Shown here: positions 19,968 through 30,923 of the stretch, one piece after another | How the letters are laid out: every line of letters begins with the position of its first letter | Position numbering within the stretch: the stretch's first letter is position 1 | Assembly (NCBI GenBank): GCA_944323365.1 | Contig: CALUSG010000044.1 | Location: 5,197 to 69,196, forward strand | DNA: 64,000 nucleotides | Direction: 5' to 3' | Source: Candidatus Gastranaerophilales bacterium | GTDB taxonomy: Bacteria > Cyanobacteriota > Vampirovibrionia > Gastranaerophilales > Gastranaerophilaceae | Notes under the pieces: model-generated | Told to the model about the DNA's origin: nothing | The model's database searches: none | Seen by the model: the letters and a program-made list of their open reading frames with translations, nothing else | Translations under genes and position numbers: made by a program

Positions 19968-21159
19968 ACATATTTTGAAATTTTACACAAGCAGCCAGTG
20001 CGTGTTGAACTGTATCCATTCTAACAAGAGAAGCCGCTTTAGGAACACCAAGCTCTTTCCAATCAGCAGAATTTGGAAAACCACCTTTTAACGGACCCTT
20101 TTGAATTTGTACTAAACGTAAAAATTTTATACCTGTATTTATTGACTTCATTATTCGCATTTTTAACAAATCATCGTCTACGCAATTATATGTGGCAATT
20201 AAACCTTCAACTATACAGGCTATGCTTAATGGTTTTATATTATCTACCAAAGCTCCATAATATTGTTCATCTTTATTGACTATTTGTTTTGGAATAACCT
20301 GCTCTACCATCTTTATTAAATGCTGTTTTAATAATTCTTTCTCTTCATCCGTCAAGCCATTATCCGGTATACTAAAAAGTTTTTCTGTCGCAAGCATTGA
20401 ACAGTAATCAAACTGTACTTCTTTAAGATTTTTTCTTAGATTAGCTAAAAATAACAATCCTTTTTTAGCTCCGTTTAACCATTTTTTCTTAGGATCAAAT
20501 TCATATAAATATAAAAGTCCAAATGGTGCATCTCCTGTATAATTAAGATTTAAATTATCAACGCCAATTCCCTCATTTGCCGTATCATAACAGTTGTAAA
20601 ATTGTCCGTTTTTCATTTGCATAAATAATAAAAATTGTCCCATGCCTTGAAAAATTTCGTCAGGAATAACTCCTTCTGCCCGTAAATCCGAAAACGCTAC
20701 AAGAGCCATAGCCGTAGCGGACAATTTCGCTTTTTCACATTTTATATTCTCTTCTTCAGGATTTGATATTACTGCATATCTCCCAAAACCCATTGGTTTT
20801 ACATATTTATCAACAAAATATTTCGCTGAAATACGTCTTTTTTCCGCTAAACCAGTTATATTTAATTCCCTTTCGCAAAGATACATTGAATATAACATGC
20901 GGGCATGATTTGTTGTATTATAAGTATTTTTATTAATTTTATATTTACTTTTTAAATTCCTTATGTATATAAAACGCCCATTTTCTAACATATTTTCATT
21001 TATGTATGATAATGCATATATGATGGAATTATGAATTTTGGATAAACTGTTTTGCGAGCCGGTAAAGTTTTTGGCATCTCGTGAAATAAACCATCCAAAT
21101 AGGATAGAACCTCCAACAACAGCTCCCAAATATAAAAATTGTAATGATAAACCTTCCAT
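19957..21159 (-). CDS. hypothetical membrane-anchored protein
   Basis: One N-terminal TM helix. Any fold assignment is unverified. Confidence 0.55.
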   Translation of the reverse strand: MEGLSLQFLYLGAVVGGSILFGWFISRDAKNFTGSQNSLSKIHNSIIYALSYINENMLENGRFIYIRNLKSKYKINKNTYNTTNHARMLYSMYLCERELNITGLAEKRRISAKYFVDKYVKPMGFGRYAVISNPEEENIKCEKAKLSATAMALVAFSDLRAEGVIPDEIFQGMGQFLLFMQMKNGQFYNCYDTANEGIGVDNLNLNYTGDAPFGLLYLYEFDPKKKWLNGAKKGLLFLANLRKNLKEVQFDYCSMLATEKLFSIPDNGLTDEEKELLKQHLIKMVEQVIPKQIVNKDEQYYGALVDNIKPLSIACIVEGLIATYNCVDDDLLKMRIMKSINTGIKFLRLVQIQKGPLKGGFPNSADWKELGVPKAASLVRMDTVQHALAACVKFQNMFMT

Positions 21160-21190
21160 AACGCAATTTTATCAAATCATTTTACAAAAA

Positions 21191-22546
21191 TCAATTTGAC
21201 TTTTTTAATTTATTCACCAGTTTATATAACCCCGTCGAATGAGAGGCTTTTATAAATATATTATCATTATCTTGAATAAATTTCGTATATTCCTCTAATA
21301 ATTTATTGATATCATCAAAATAATAACATTCCATCATATCTTTCAAAACATCATATACACATTGTATTTCTTGGCCACATAAAATAACTTTTGAAGGAGA
21401 AGCGTTTTTTATTAATTTTATTATAGATAAATGATACTCTTTAGATTTATCACCACATTCAGCCATATCACCCAAGAACATAACTTTTTGAGAAGTAAAA
21501 TTTTTGCCAAAGGCTTCAATAGTTGTTTTCATTGAAAGAGGGTTTGCATTGTATGATTCATCTGTTAATGTAATATGTTTACCCTCAACTGTTAGTTGTA
21601 AATACTCACCACGCCCCTGTAAACATTTGAATTCTGCAAGCTCTTTTAAAACTTTATCAAAAGACAAATTTAACTCTAATGCAACACCCAAAACTAAACC
21701 TATATCATAAAGTATATGTTTTGAAACTTTGCTGTATACAAATTTTTTATTGGCAACACAAAAAGCTGATTCATCCGGGATAATTTTAATATCTACCCCA
21801 TCTCGTTCACCGACTGTAATAATTTTTAAATGTCTTTCCATCGCTGCATTTTCAAAAATTTCATAGCATTCCATTTCTCTGTTTAATACGGCACAATCAC
21901 CGGGTTTCATTGTTGAAAAAATCCTGCTTTTTGCACGTGCCATAACCTCAAGTGTCTGACCTTCCTTTAAATGAACCGGTGCTAAATTTGTGACAATTGC
22001 TATATGTGGAGAGGATACATATCCATTTCCTATTGAAGATTCTATTACCCAGTACTTTTTATTTATATCAAAAGTTGTCATATTCCAACATATTGCAATA
22101 AGAGTATTTGCCAAATTTAAATTTGCATCTGCACCATATTCTTTCAGCACATCATAAATCATTCGTGTAGTTGTAGATTTCCCTGCACTGCCGGTTATTG
22201 TTATAACTGTACCGCTATATTTTCTTCTTATATATCTTCCCAAAGCAAATAAAGCTTTTGTAAAATCTTTTACTTCAATTATAGGCTTATCTAAATCTTT
22301 AAAATTTTCATAATTTGTACACATAAAAGCTGAAATTTTATCCCAATACGGCAAAAGATTTTTCACTAAGGCTCCTTTAGGTTCATTTGTGCCTCGAAGA
22401 AAAACTATATCTCCGTCATTAAGATTATCATGCCATATTCGAAAACCACTCGCACAAAAATTCTCAGGAAAATTATAAAATTTACAGCTTCCTAATGCTT
22501 CTTCTATATTATTTTTATTCCAAAAGTTCATAAACACATTATACAA
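21191..22546 (-). CDS. divergent MurF-like Mur ligase
   Basis: ITGSAGKSTT P-loop, IESSIGNG...IAIVTNLAPVHL, and C-terminal LGDMAECGDKSKEYH as in MurF. The N-terminal domain is atypical and no dcw genes are adjacent. Confidence 0.65.
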   Translation of the reverse strand: MYNVFMNFWNKNNIEEALGSCKFYNFPENFCASGFRIWHDNLNDGDIVFLRGTNEPKGALVKNLLPYWDKISAFMCTNYENFKDLDKPIIEVKDFTKALFALGRYIRRKYSGTVITITGSAGKSTTTRMIYDVLKEYGADANLNLANTLIAICWNMTTFDINKKYWVIESSIGNGYVSSPHIAIVTNLAPVHLKEGQTLEVMARAKSRIFSTMKPGDCAVLNREMECYEIFENAAMERHLKIITVGERDGVDIKIIPDESAFCVANKKFVYSKVSKHILYDIGLVLGVALELNLSFDKVLKELAEFKCLQGRGEYLQLTVEGKHITLTDESYNANPLSMKTTIEAFGKNFTSQKVMFLGDMAECGDKSKEYHLSIIKLIKNASPSKVILCGQEIQCVYDVLKDMMECYYFDDINKLLEEYTKFIQDNDNIFIKASHSTGLYKLVNKLKKSN

Positions 22547-22569
22547 TAAAAAGAGCCCGTAGGCTCTTT
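22547..22569 (-). terminator. intrinsic terminator
   Basis: Minus strand AGAGCC-UACG-GGCUCU followed by UUUUU. Confidence 0.7.
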
Positions 22570-22795
22570 AAGCAGTTTTTTTATGTTTAGCTTTTTCTTC
22601 AGCTATTTTTTCATCAAATTTTTCCTTAACTTTTTCCGCTTTATCTTTAATATCCTCTTTTGCTAGATGAGCTTTTACTTTAGCCTCATCTAGACCACGT
22701 TTGACGTCGTCTTTAACGTCTTTTGCCTTTTCTTTAATTTTTTCGGAAGTATCATCTATTTTTTCTTTCATTGTTTTTTTGTTATCGTCTTGCAT
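22568..22795 (-). CDS. small Lys/Glu-rich (LEA- or YtxH-like) protein
   Basis: 75 aa, almost entirely charged helical repeats (KEKAKDVKDDVK...). Confidence 0.5.
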   Translation of the reverse strand: MQDDNKKTMKEKIDDTSEKIKEKAKDVKDDVKRGLDEAKVKAHLAKEDIKDKAEKVKEKFDEKIAEEKAKHKKTA

Positions 22796-22891
22796 AATTT
22801 TCTCCTTTCTTTAGCATTATAAACTTTTTCTAAAGCTAAATAATTAATAAAAAGAGCAATTTTATGTTATACTTATTGAGGAGAAAAACAA

Positions 22892-23923
22892 ATGAAATCA
22901 TTAATTTGGCATTCAAATGGTTCTATAGAGTTAATAAACAAAGACATTCCCGAAATACAGGATGAACAAGATGCAATAGTCAAAGTACAATTATCAACAA
23001 TCTGTACAAGTGATTTGCACATAATAAATGGTTTTGTGCCGCAGGCAAAACCTGAAACTATATTAGGTCATGAATTTGTAGGAGAAATAGTAAAAACAGG
23101 TAAAAAAGTCAGAGGTCTTAAAATTGGTGACAGGGTTGCTGCTAACTGTGAAACATTTTGCGGAGAATGTTTTTATTGTCAAAAAGGTTTTATAAACAAT
23201 TGCGAAAATGGCGGCTGGGAATTAGGTTGCAAAATTGACGGTTGTCATGCTGAATATATAAGAGTGCCATATGCGGATAAAGGTTTGAATTTACTGCCAA
23301 ATAACGTATCATATGAAGATGCTTTATTTGTGGGAGATATTCTTTCAAGCGGATATTTTGGAGCAGAAATGCTCAATATACAAAAAAATGATACTATCGC
23401 AATAATAGGCTCAGGGCCTGTAGGACTTTGTGCAATGATATGTGCAAAATATCTAGGAGCAAAATGTATTATAGCAATAGATATTGATAATTCACGGCTT
23501 GAAACTGCAAAGAAGGAAGGTTTGGCAAACTATATTTTCAATCCTGAATTAAGCGATATTGAAAAAGAAATAAAACAAATAACAAATAATCATGGTGTAG
23601 ATGGAGTTATTGAATGTGCAGGAACAAAAGACTCCTTTGAATTAAGCTGGAAAATAGCAAGAGCTAACAGTGTTATAGGTGTTGTTGCAATGTACGAAGA
23701 CGACCAAATATTGCCTTTACCAAAAATGTATGGCAAAAATCTTACATTCAAAACAGGTGGTGTTGACGCAATACACTGTGACGAACTAATTAAATTAATT
23801 TCTGAAAAGAAAATTTCTACTAATTTTCTCATCTCAAAAAAGTTTCCTCTAAGCAAAATTGAAGATGCATACAAAGAATTTGCTCAAAAAAATTGTTTAA
23901 AAATAGCTTTATACCCTGACTAA
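22892..23923 (+). CDS. zinc-dependent medium-chain alcohol dehydrogenase
   Basis: GHEFVGEIV, structural-zinc Cys cluster CETFCGECFYC, GSGPVGL Rossmann loop; GAGGAG SD. Confidence 0.85.
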   Translation: MKSLIWHSNGSIELINKDIPEIQDEQDAIVKVQLSTICTSDLHIINGFVPQAKPETILGHEFVGEIVKTGKKVRGLKIGDRVAANCETFCGECFYCQKGFINNCENGGWELGCKIDGCHAEYIRVPYADKGLNLLPNNVSYEDALFVGDILSSGYFGAEMLNIQKNDTIAIIGSGPVGLCAMICAKYLGAKCIIAIDIDNSRLETAKKEGLANYIFNPELSDIEKEIKQITNNHGVDGVIECAGTKDSFELSWKIARANSVIGVVAMYEDDQILPLPKMYGKNLTFKTGGVDAIHCDELIKLISEKKISTNFLISKKFPLSKIEDAYKEFAQKNCLKIALYPD

Positions 23924-24850
23924 TTGTAAAATTAAACCGCTTAATATACTTATAATAACTAATAACGTTATTAAGAACACAGAGTCCTTGATGTTTTCGT
24001 TTTTCCTTAATAATACCAAAAGTCCTAGTCCCGCATTTGAACATAAGCCGGCAATAGCGGCACCAAAACTAATAGTACCTTTAATCAATAACATAGTTAA
24101 CGCTATAGAAACGGCACAATTAGGTATTAATCCAATAATTCCGGTAATGACGGGCTCTGCTATTTTAAAACCTAAATTATTACTGCTAAAAAGATTTATT
24201 AACTCATTATCATTAATAAAAAAGTTCAAAAATAAAGTAATAACTAAAATAAACAAAAAAACATTAATTGTATGCTTTAGAGGATGCAGCCAAAGATTAA
24301 TTTTATCAGAAGCTAAAATATCATGTCTGCAGCAACCCTGTTCATGCGATGACTCTTGTATATCACTAATTACATTAGATTTAAAAATTAAATCAATAAT
24401 ATAGCCCGCTGTAATGGCAATAATTAATTTAGCAATTATTACAGGCAAAACTAAATGAATTTTTTCAGGATATGAAAGTAAAACAGGAACAGCCTCATCT
24501 GATGTCGCTAAATAAATTGCAATTAATGTGCCACGGGTAATAAGTTTTTTTGTATACAAACTGCTTGCAATAATAGAAAACCCACACTGCGGTATAACAG
24601 CGGCTAGACTTCCTATTAAAGGTCCGGCTTTACCTGATTTTTTCATAAAACTATTAATTTTGTTTGCATAAAAATATTCAAAAAATTCAATAAATAAAAA
24701 TGCCAAAAACAAAAAAGGCAATGTATGAAAGCTATCTATTACTGCATCGCTAACCCATGCCGGCATAGAAAAACTATTAATAAAATTGTCAAACCATCCG
24801 AATAAAAAATCATTTAAAATAGTTACTTTTTCGTAAAAATTTAAGAACAT
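23909..24850 (-). CDS. polytopic membrane protein, possibly an ArsP_2/DUF2899-like metal exporter
   Basis: About 8-10 TM helices with a central HEQGCCRHD loop. Family assignment is from memory only. Confidence 0.5.
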   Translation of the reverse strand: MFLNFYEKVTILNDFLFGWFDNFINSFSMPAWVSDAVIDSFHTLPFLFLAFLFIEFFEYFYANKINSFMKKSGKAGPLIGSLAAVIPQCGFSIIASSLYTKKLITRGTLIAIYLATSDEAVPVLLSYPEKIHLVLPVIIAKLIIAITAGYIIDLIFKSNVISDIQESSHEQGCCRHDILASDKINLWLHPLKHTINVFLFILVITLFLNFFINDNELINLFSSNNLGFKIAEPVITGIIGLIPNCAVSIALTMLLIKGTISFGAAIAGLCSNAGLGLLVLLRKNENIKDSVFLITLLVIISILSGLILQLVRV

Positions 24851-24943
24851 ACATATTTAATAGTAATACAAAAAATACATAACATCAAATAAATAGTTAA
24901 CCTGGCTATAGTATTTTAAGTAAGATTATAAGAATCTATATTT

Positions 24944-25657
24944 ATGAAAAAATTTTTTACAATTTTAATGTTAATTATCTTTGGCACATCTGCAATAGCA
25001 GAAGAACAGGTCTTGGGCTATGAACATATGTTTTATGAAAAAGGAGCTCAAACAGATAACGTTACCATCACAAATCTGCACAATATAATTTGTAAAGGTA
25101 ATGCATTTAAAGTTGAATTTGAATGTAAATTTCTATCTGAATGTGCAAAAGCAGGAGAACGAGTTAATTTTGATATTCCTCAGGCAATTTACACAAAAGA
25201 AGGCACTTTACTAATACCTGCATGTTCAAAAGTTGTCGGAACAATCATCAAAATAGAAAAACAAAGAGTTCCAAACAAAAATGCAAGAGTATATTTAAAT
25301 TTTGAATGTCTTGTATTACCTGATGGAAGCACATTTAAAATGTCAGCTAAACCATGCACAAAAGACGGATCATTAAAAGAAGGACCTTGGCATACAACAG
25401 GCAAACTATTTGCTTATACATTGGGCCTTGGAATAGTAGGTGCCGGAGCAGGTACTGGTTTTGCCTTCATTCCAAATCCAGCCAGGCTTGGTGTAGGATA
25501 TGCAATAGGTATACCTGTAGGTACAACAGTAGGTTTAATAACCGGCTTAATTACTCCCGGTCTAAAATATCACGCTAAACAAGGAGAAGCTATCACCTTA
25601 ATTCTTTGTGATGATTTGTATTTATGTAAACAACAAGAGTGTCCTTGTCAACAATAA
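24944..25657 (+). CDS. secreted protein with a C-terminal glycine-zipper segment
   Basis: Signal peptide; GLGIVGAGAGTGFAF...GIPVGTTVGLITGLI. Confidence 0.55.
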   Translation: MKKFFTILMLIIFGTSAIAEEQVLGYEHMFYEKGAQTDNVTITNLHNIICKGNAFKVEFECKFLSECAKAGERVNFDIPQAIYTKEGTLLIPACSKVVGTIIKIEKQRVPNKNARVYLNFECLVLPDGSTFKMSAKPCTKDGSLKEGPWHTTGKLFAYTLGLGIVGAGAGTGFAFIPNPARLGVGYAIGIPVGTTVGLITGLITPGLKYHAKQGEAITLILCDDLYLCKQQECPCQQ

Positions 25658-25690
25658 AAAACCGGCAATAGAGCCGGTTTAAATTTTTAT
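25655..25690. terminator. bidirectional intrinsic terminator
   Basis: ACCGGC (25661-66) / GCCGGT (25673-78) flanked by A- and T-runs. Confidence 0.75.
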
Positions 25691-25984
25691 TAATAGAAAT
25701 TTACTGTCTTTTAATGCAATTACCTTATGTTGCATATCTTTTTTGAACATTAAAATTTCGCCTTTTTCGACCTTAAATTTTTCAGCATCAAAATGTAATT
25801 CAATCTCACCATCAATTACATAGACAGCTGCATCCGCAGCAGATGTATGAGTATCTATGATTTCGTCTTTTTTAATAGCAATAATGGACAAATTTCTATC
25901 ATTGTTTTCCATTAAAACTTCTCGTTTAAATTTTAATTCATCTAATTCTATAATATCTTTGGCTTTTAAAACATTAAAAAACAT
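25679..25984 (-). CDS. cupin-domain protein
   Basis: About 100-aa beta-barrel pattern (H.S..DAAVYVIDGEIELHF...G). Start at Met20, preceded by GGAGATCTGT. Confidence 0.65.
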   Translation of the reverse strand: MFFNVLKAKDIIELDELKFKREVLMENNDRNLSIIAIKKDEIIDTHTSAADAAVYVIDGEIELHFDAEKFKVEKGEILMFKKDMQHKVIALKDSKFLLIKI

Positions 25985-26050
25985 ACAGATCTCCTTTCTG
26001 TAAATATTGTAACAATTTACCGTCAAGAGAACATTCGACAAAATAATAAT

Positions 26051-26899
26051 TTATTTATTAATAGAAAAATATACTTCTTTTAAACGCTTCTTGCTAATAT
26101 GAGTATAAAGCTGTGTTGTAGAAACGTTGCTATGGCCTAAAAGTTCTTGTACAACACGTAAATCTGCTCCATTTTCAATTAAATGAGTCGCAAACGTATG
26201 CCTTAAAGTATGCGGCGAAATTGCTTTATGAATTTTTTTACCTTGTTCATGAATAAAATTATAAACATCCTGACGTGTCATTTCACGGCCATGATCATGT
26301 ATTAAAAGTTTTTTTGTATCAAGTTTAAATTTTTGTATTAAATATTCTCTTACCGGCAAATAATTTTTAATTGATTTTATTGCTTTTGAACCCATAGGAA
26401 CAATTCTTTCCTTTGAACCTTTTCCATAACATTGAAGATATTTTGCACCTAAATCACAATCATTAACTTTTAAATTAACCAGCTCTGAAACCCTAAGCCC
26501 GCATCCATACAATAATTCTAAAATCACTCTATTTGTTTTAGATAAATCCTGGTTTAAAATAGTTTCAATTTCGCTAACCGTCATAACTTTAGGTAATTTT
26601 TTAGGTACTTTCGGCTGTTCAAGAGTTAAAGTCGGATCATTACTTATGTAACCATTTAAACATTGCCATTTAAAAAATCCCCGTAATGACGCTATTTTTC
26701 TCATAATACTTGTCGGAGAATAATTCTCTTCATGAAGTTTTCTTATATATAAATTTATTTGACTCCTTGTCGTCAAAGATAAGTCTGTATTTAAATAACC
26801 AATAAAATCACTCAGATCATTTCTATATGCCTCAATTGTGTTTTTAGAAAGACCTTTTTCTATTTCTAAATATTCCAAATACTCAGATATAATCTGCAT
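26051..26899 (-). CDS. XerC/XerD-type tyrosine recombinase
   Basis: HTLRHTFATHL and LLGHSNVSTTQLYTH catalytic boxes; N-terminal SAM-like domain. Confidence 0.85.
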   Translation of the reverse strand: MQIISEYLEYLEIEKGLSKNTIEAYRNDLSDFIGYLNTDLSLTTRSQINLYIRKLHEENYSPTSIMRKIASLRGFFKWQCLNGYISNDPTLTLEQPKVPKKLPKVMTVSEIETILNQDLSKTNRVILELLYGCGLRVSELVNLKVNDCDLGAKYLQCYGKGSKERIVPMGSKAIKSIKNYLPVREYLIQKFKLDTKKLLIHDHGREMTRQDVYNFIHEQGKKIHKAISPHTLRHTFATHLIENGADLRVVQELLGHSNVSTTQLYTHISKKRLKEVYFSINK

Positions 26900-26947
26900 A
26901 ATAATTATTATATAACTTAAGTTATAAATTTTAATAATGTAAATGAA

Positions 26948-27739
26948 TTATTTTCTAGGTATTGTCAATTCAAAACGTGTAAATTTATTTATTTCAGCTT
27001 TAACAATAACATTACCGCCATGAGCTTCAATTATTTGTTTTACAATATATAAACCTAAACCTGATGCAACAGATTTACTATTGACATCCTTTGAAACAAA
27101 TTTTTCAAAAATTTCATTAGGATTATCCAATTTAAATGAACATCCTAAATTTTCTATAGATAAGCCAACACAATCCGTATTATCATATAATTTTATAATA
27201 ATTTTTGAATTTCTTGGTGAATATATAGAAGAATTGCTTATAAGATTATTTACAGCTCGCATAATTTCTAATTTATCTAATTCAGCATAAGCATCTTTTA
27301 TTTCATTTAAAAAAACTATCTTCTGCTCTTTATCTAAAAGAGTATATTTTGATGCTTCGATAACAAAATTAACCAAAGTTACAAAATCAGAAGGCATTTT
27401 GTGAATAGTATAAGCTTCGTTGACAAATTTATATCTATCTAACACATTTTCAATTAAATTCTGCATATACTGAAAGGTTTGCATCATATTTACTAAAATG
27501 TCCTGCTGAAAATTATTAAGCGGTGATAAATCAGGATTCTGTAACAATTTAATAGCTAACATACCTGAATTTACAGGATTTTTTAAATCGTGAGAAACCA
27601 TTGCAAGTAAAGATTCTTTGTCAAAAACTTCTTTTTGTTGATTTAATGAATTTATTTCCAAATTAAACTCCGTTTTAATAAATATTAGCAGATAAGTTAA
27701 GCAAAAAGATATTAGCCATGTGGCTAATTTTTTGCTCAA
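26948..27739 (-). CDS. orphan sensor histidine kinase
   Basis: TM anchor, H-box MVSHDLKNP, N-box NLISNSSIY, G-box GLGLYIV. No response regulator is adjacent. Confidence 0.8.
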   Translation of the reverse strand: MSKKLATWLISFCLTYLLIFIKTEFNLEINSLNQQKEVFDKESLLAMVSHDLKNPVNSGMLAIKLLQNPDLSPLNNFQQDILVNMMQTFQYMQNLIENVLDRYKFVNEAYTIHKMPSDFVTLVNFVIEASKYTLLDKEQKIVFLNEIKDAYAELDKLEIMRAVNNLISNSSIYSPRNSKIIIKLYDNTDCVGLSIENLGCSFKLDNPNEIFEKFVSKDVNSKSVASGLGLYIVKQIIEAHGGNVIVKAEINKFTRFELTIPRK

Positions 27740-27751
27740 AAAATTTATTAA

Positions 27752-27760
27752 TGTTAAAAT
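27752..27760 (+). promoter_or_regulatory. extended -10 promoter giving a leaderless dnaG mRNA
   Basis: TGtTAAAAT, then 6 nt to ATG 27767. No SD. Confidence 0.5.
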
Positions 27761-27766
27761 GTAAGT

Positions 27767-29635
27767 ATGGCAGATACTCTTGAAGAATTAATATCACAAA
27801 TAAAAGACCGCCTGGATATAGTTGATGTAGTATCAGAACAAGTTGTATTAAAAAAATCCGGAAATCACTATTGGGGCTTATGTCCTTTTCATAAAGAAAA
27901 AACGCCGTCATTTTCTGTAAATCCACAGCTAGGTATATATAAATGTTTTGGCTGCGGTGCCGGCGGTGATGCTCTTTCTTTTATTATGAAAACCAAAAAT
28001 ATTGAATTTATGGATTTAATAAGAGATTTGGCACAAGAATATGGTCTTGAACTCCCAAAAAATTTTCGCCACGGTGAAGCCTCAAAAGATATCAAAGAAC
28101 AAATGATAAACGCTACATCACGTGCTGTTGATTTTTATAATAATCAATTGTTAAAATCATCTGATAAAACCACAGAACAAGTATTAAATTATTTATCTAA
28201 ACGTGGAATTACAAAAGATATAATTAAAAAATTTCATTTGGGTCTTGCTCCCAAAAGTTATACTGCTTTGTATGATGAATTAAAAAAAGACTTTAAAGAC
28301 GATATTTTAGAAAAAGCCGGTATTATAATTCCAGGTAAAGAAACCAGGTTTATCGATCGTTTCCGAAATAGAGTCATAATCCCTATACAAAATGAATTCG
28401 GTGATTTTGTCGCATTTGGTGCCCGTGCAATAGAAGAAGGTCAATCACCTAAATATTTAAACTCATCTGATTCACTTATATATAATAAAAGTAAACTTTT
28501 ATATGGGCTTTATAATGCCAAAGAGGCGATAAAAGAAGAGGATAGCGTCATTTTAATGGAAGGTTATTTTGATGTAATATCAGCACAAGCACATGGAATA
28601 GAAAACTGTGTAGCCGCTTGCGGCACATCTTTAACACAGGATCACGTAAAATTGTTATCAAGATATACCAAATCAAGAAAAATTTATCTTTCATTTGACA
28701 CCGATTCAGCCGGACAAAAAGCTACAGACCGAGGTGCTGAAATCATAAAAGAAGTATTTGAAGGCATAGGCAATATAAAACTTTTTGACGAAAGCTATAT
28801 TTCTACATCAGATGACAAATATGCCTGTGAAATTAGAGTAATTTCTCCGCCTGAAGGTAAAGATCCGGATGAATTTATCCGCACAGTAGGTGCCGAAAGC
28901 TATAAAGCTTTTATAAAACATGCCCCTCTATTGATAGATTTTCAACTTAATAACATATTAAAACACAAAGACGAATACAAAACTCCTGTTGAAAAAGCTA
29001 GATTTGTTAAGCAAATTGTCCCTGTTTTACGGGAAATCGGGAACAAAATTGTCCGTTCGGAATACATAGAAATGGTTGCTCAATCTCTAAATATTGACGG
29101 AAAAATTCTGGAAAAAGAAGTAAATTCTTCTTTTGATAATAAATCTGTTTCAGAACATTTTGTTAAAAATGTAACAAAAAATTCGTCAATTTTAGAAAAA
29201 ACGCAAAAAAATTTATTGAGCATTTTTTTAGTACCCGACAGCCCGTTAAATTTTGATCAAATCAAGAGTATAATAGGCGATACAGCATTTGAAAATAAAA
29301 CGTTAATAATTGTAAAATCTACAATTGACAAATTAACATGTACCGTAAATAATGTAAAAGAATTGATCGAACATTTATATACTGAATTTATACAAAACCC
29401 TGAGATACAGACAATTATAACCGAATTAATCGACATTTCAGAATGCTACAAAAATTTAAATCAAAAAGATTTTGAAAATGTTATAAAAGAAAATATTAAT
29501 AAAATAAAACAATGTCAACGGGAAAAAGAAAAAGAAAAAATTCAAAGTTTATATAAAAACGTTAACAACGATGATACAGAAGCCCTAAAAATTCAAATGC
29601 AATTAAGAGATAAAATAAAATCGGAGAAACATTAA
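27767..29635 (+). CDS. dnaG: DNA primase
   Basis: Zinc finger [13 protein letters not shown]...CFGCG; TOPRIM EGYFDV / DTDSAG. Confidence 0.9.
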   Translation: MADTLEELISQIKDRLDIVDVVSEQVVLKKSGNHYWGLCPFHKEKTPSFSVNPQLGIYKCFGCGAGGDALSFIMKTKNIEFMDLIRDLAQEYGLELPKNFRHGEASKDIKEQMINATSRAVDFYNNQLLKSSDKTTEQVLNYLSKRGITKDIIKKFHLGLAPKSYTALYDELKKDFKDDILEKAGIIIPGKETRFIDRFRNRVIIPIQNEFGDFVAFGARAIEEGQSPKYLNSSDSLIYNKSKLLYGLYNAKEAIKEEDSVILMEGYFDVISAQAHGIENCVAACGTSLTQDHVKLLSRYTKSRKIYLSFDTDSAGQKATDRGAEIIKEVFEGIGNIKLFDESYISTSDDKYACEIRVISPPEGKDPDEFIRTVGAESYKAFIKHAPLLIDFQLNNILKHKDEYKTPVEKARFVKQIVPVLREIGNKIVRSEYIEMVAQSLNIDGKILEKEVNSSFDNKSVSEHFVKNVTKNSSILEKTQKNLLSIFLVPDSPLNFDQIKSIIGDTAFENKTLIIVKSTIDKLTCTVNNVKELIEHLYTEFIQNPEIQTIITELIDISECYKNLNQKDFENVIKENINKIKQCQREKEKEKIQSLYKNVNNDDTEALKIQMQLRDKIKSEKH

Positions 29636-30732
29636 TGAGTAAAAAAAGACAACCAAACTCCTCAATAGTAAGTGTTATGGATGAAGATTCACTGGATTTA
29701 CAAGATATAGATGAGGAAACTGTTTTAGAACCCGAAAATGATAGTGTTAATTTCATGAATATGGATATCAGCACAGACAATATTGAAGATATCGTAACTG
29801 CTAAAATCGGCAACAAAATGAACATGGACGATATTTATATGATGTCTGATGACGAAACAGAAGAAGCTGATTTAGAAATGCCTAAAGGTATTGCTGTTGA
29901 TGATCCTGTAAGACTATATTTAAGAGAAATCGGAAGAATAAAACTCTTATCTGCAAAAGAAGAAATTGAACTTGCAAGAAAGATTCTTCAAGGCGGTACA
30001 CCTGGAGCCGTTGCAAAAAGAAAGCTTGTACAAGCTAATTTACGTTTAGTGGTTAGCATTGCAAAAAAATATGTAGGTCGTGGAATGCTATTCTTAGACT
30101 TAATTCAGGAAGGAAATCTTGGATTAATCCGTGCAGCCGAAAAATTTGACCATGAACGAGGTTTTAAATTTTCAACATATGCAACTTGGTGGATAAGACA
30201 GGCAATAACCCGTGCTATTGCAGATCAGGCAAGAACCATTCGTATTCCTGTTCACATGGTTGAAACAATTAACAAGTTGAAAAAAGTTACCCGTCGTTTG
30301 GCTCAGGAACTTTCAAGAAAACCAACCGAAGATGAATTGGCTTTAGAAATGAATGTTTCTATTCCAAAACTTCGTGAAATTATTAAAATTGCTCAAGAAC
30401 CTTTATCTTTAGAAACTCCTATTGGTAAAGAAGAAGATTCACGCTTAGGCGATTTTATTGAAGATAAAGAAGCAGATGCCCCTATTAAAACTGTTGCATC
30501 CGAACTTTTGAGAGAAGACCTTGCAGAAGTCTTATGTACACTCTCACCGAGAGAACGTGACGTTTTGAGATTGCGTTTCGGTATGGATGACGGACGTCAA
30601 AGAACTCTTGAAGAAGTAGGCCAACTATTCGGCGTTACCCGTGAACGTATCAGACAGATTGAGGCAAAAGCTTTGAGAAAACTTCGCCATCCGAACAGAT
30701 CTAAACGCTTAAGAGAATATGTAGAATCATAA
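29635..30732 (+). CDS. rpoD: primary RNA polymerase sigma factor
   Basis: [51 protein letters not shown]. Start overlaps the dnaG stop (TAATG). Confidence 0.9.
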   Translation: MSKKRQPNSSIVSVMDEDSLDLQDIDEETVLEPENDSVNFMNMDISTDNIEDIVTAKIGNKMNMDDIYMMSDDETEEADLEMPKGIAVDDPVRLYLREIGRIKLLSAKEEIELARKILQGGTPGAVAKRKLVQANLRLVVSIAKKYVGRGMLFLDLIQEGNLGLIRAAEKFDHERGFKFSTYATWWIRQAITRAIADQARTIRIPVHMVETINKLKKVTRRLAQELSRKPTEDELALEMNVSIPKLREIIKIAQEPLSLETPIGKEEDSRLGDFIEDKEADAPIKTVASELLREDLAEVLCTLSPRERDVLRLRFGMDDGRQRTLEEVGQLFGVTRERIRQIEAKALRKLRHPNRSKRLREYVES

Positions 30733-30734
30733 TA

Positions 30735-30760
30735 AAAAGCCCATTTAAGGGCTTTTTATT
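30735..30760 (+). terminator. intrinsic terminator after rpoD
   Basis: AAAGCCC / GGGCTTT stem followed by a T-run. Confidence 0.8.
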
Positions 30761-30866
30761 TATATTTTCATTAATCCGATAAAGAACTGAAAATTTTGTC
30801 AATCTGTTGCAAAACACGTTTTCTATCATTTTTAAATAATTTTTGGGTATTTGACTTTTAATCAAT

Positions 30867-30890
30867 AAAAAAGACTGACTATCGTCAGCC
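30867..30890 (-). terminator. intrinsic terminator
   Basis: Minus strand GGCUGAC-GAUA-GUCAGUC followed by UUUUUU. Confidence 0.7.
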
Positions 30891-30923
30891 TTTAAAATTT
30901 GTGAGGTAAATATTTATAAGTCA

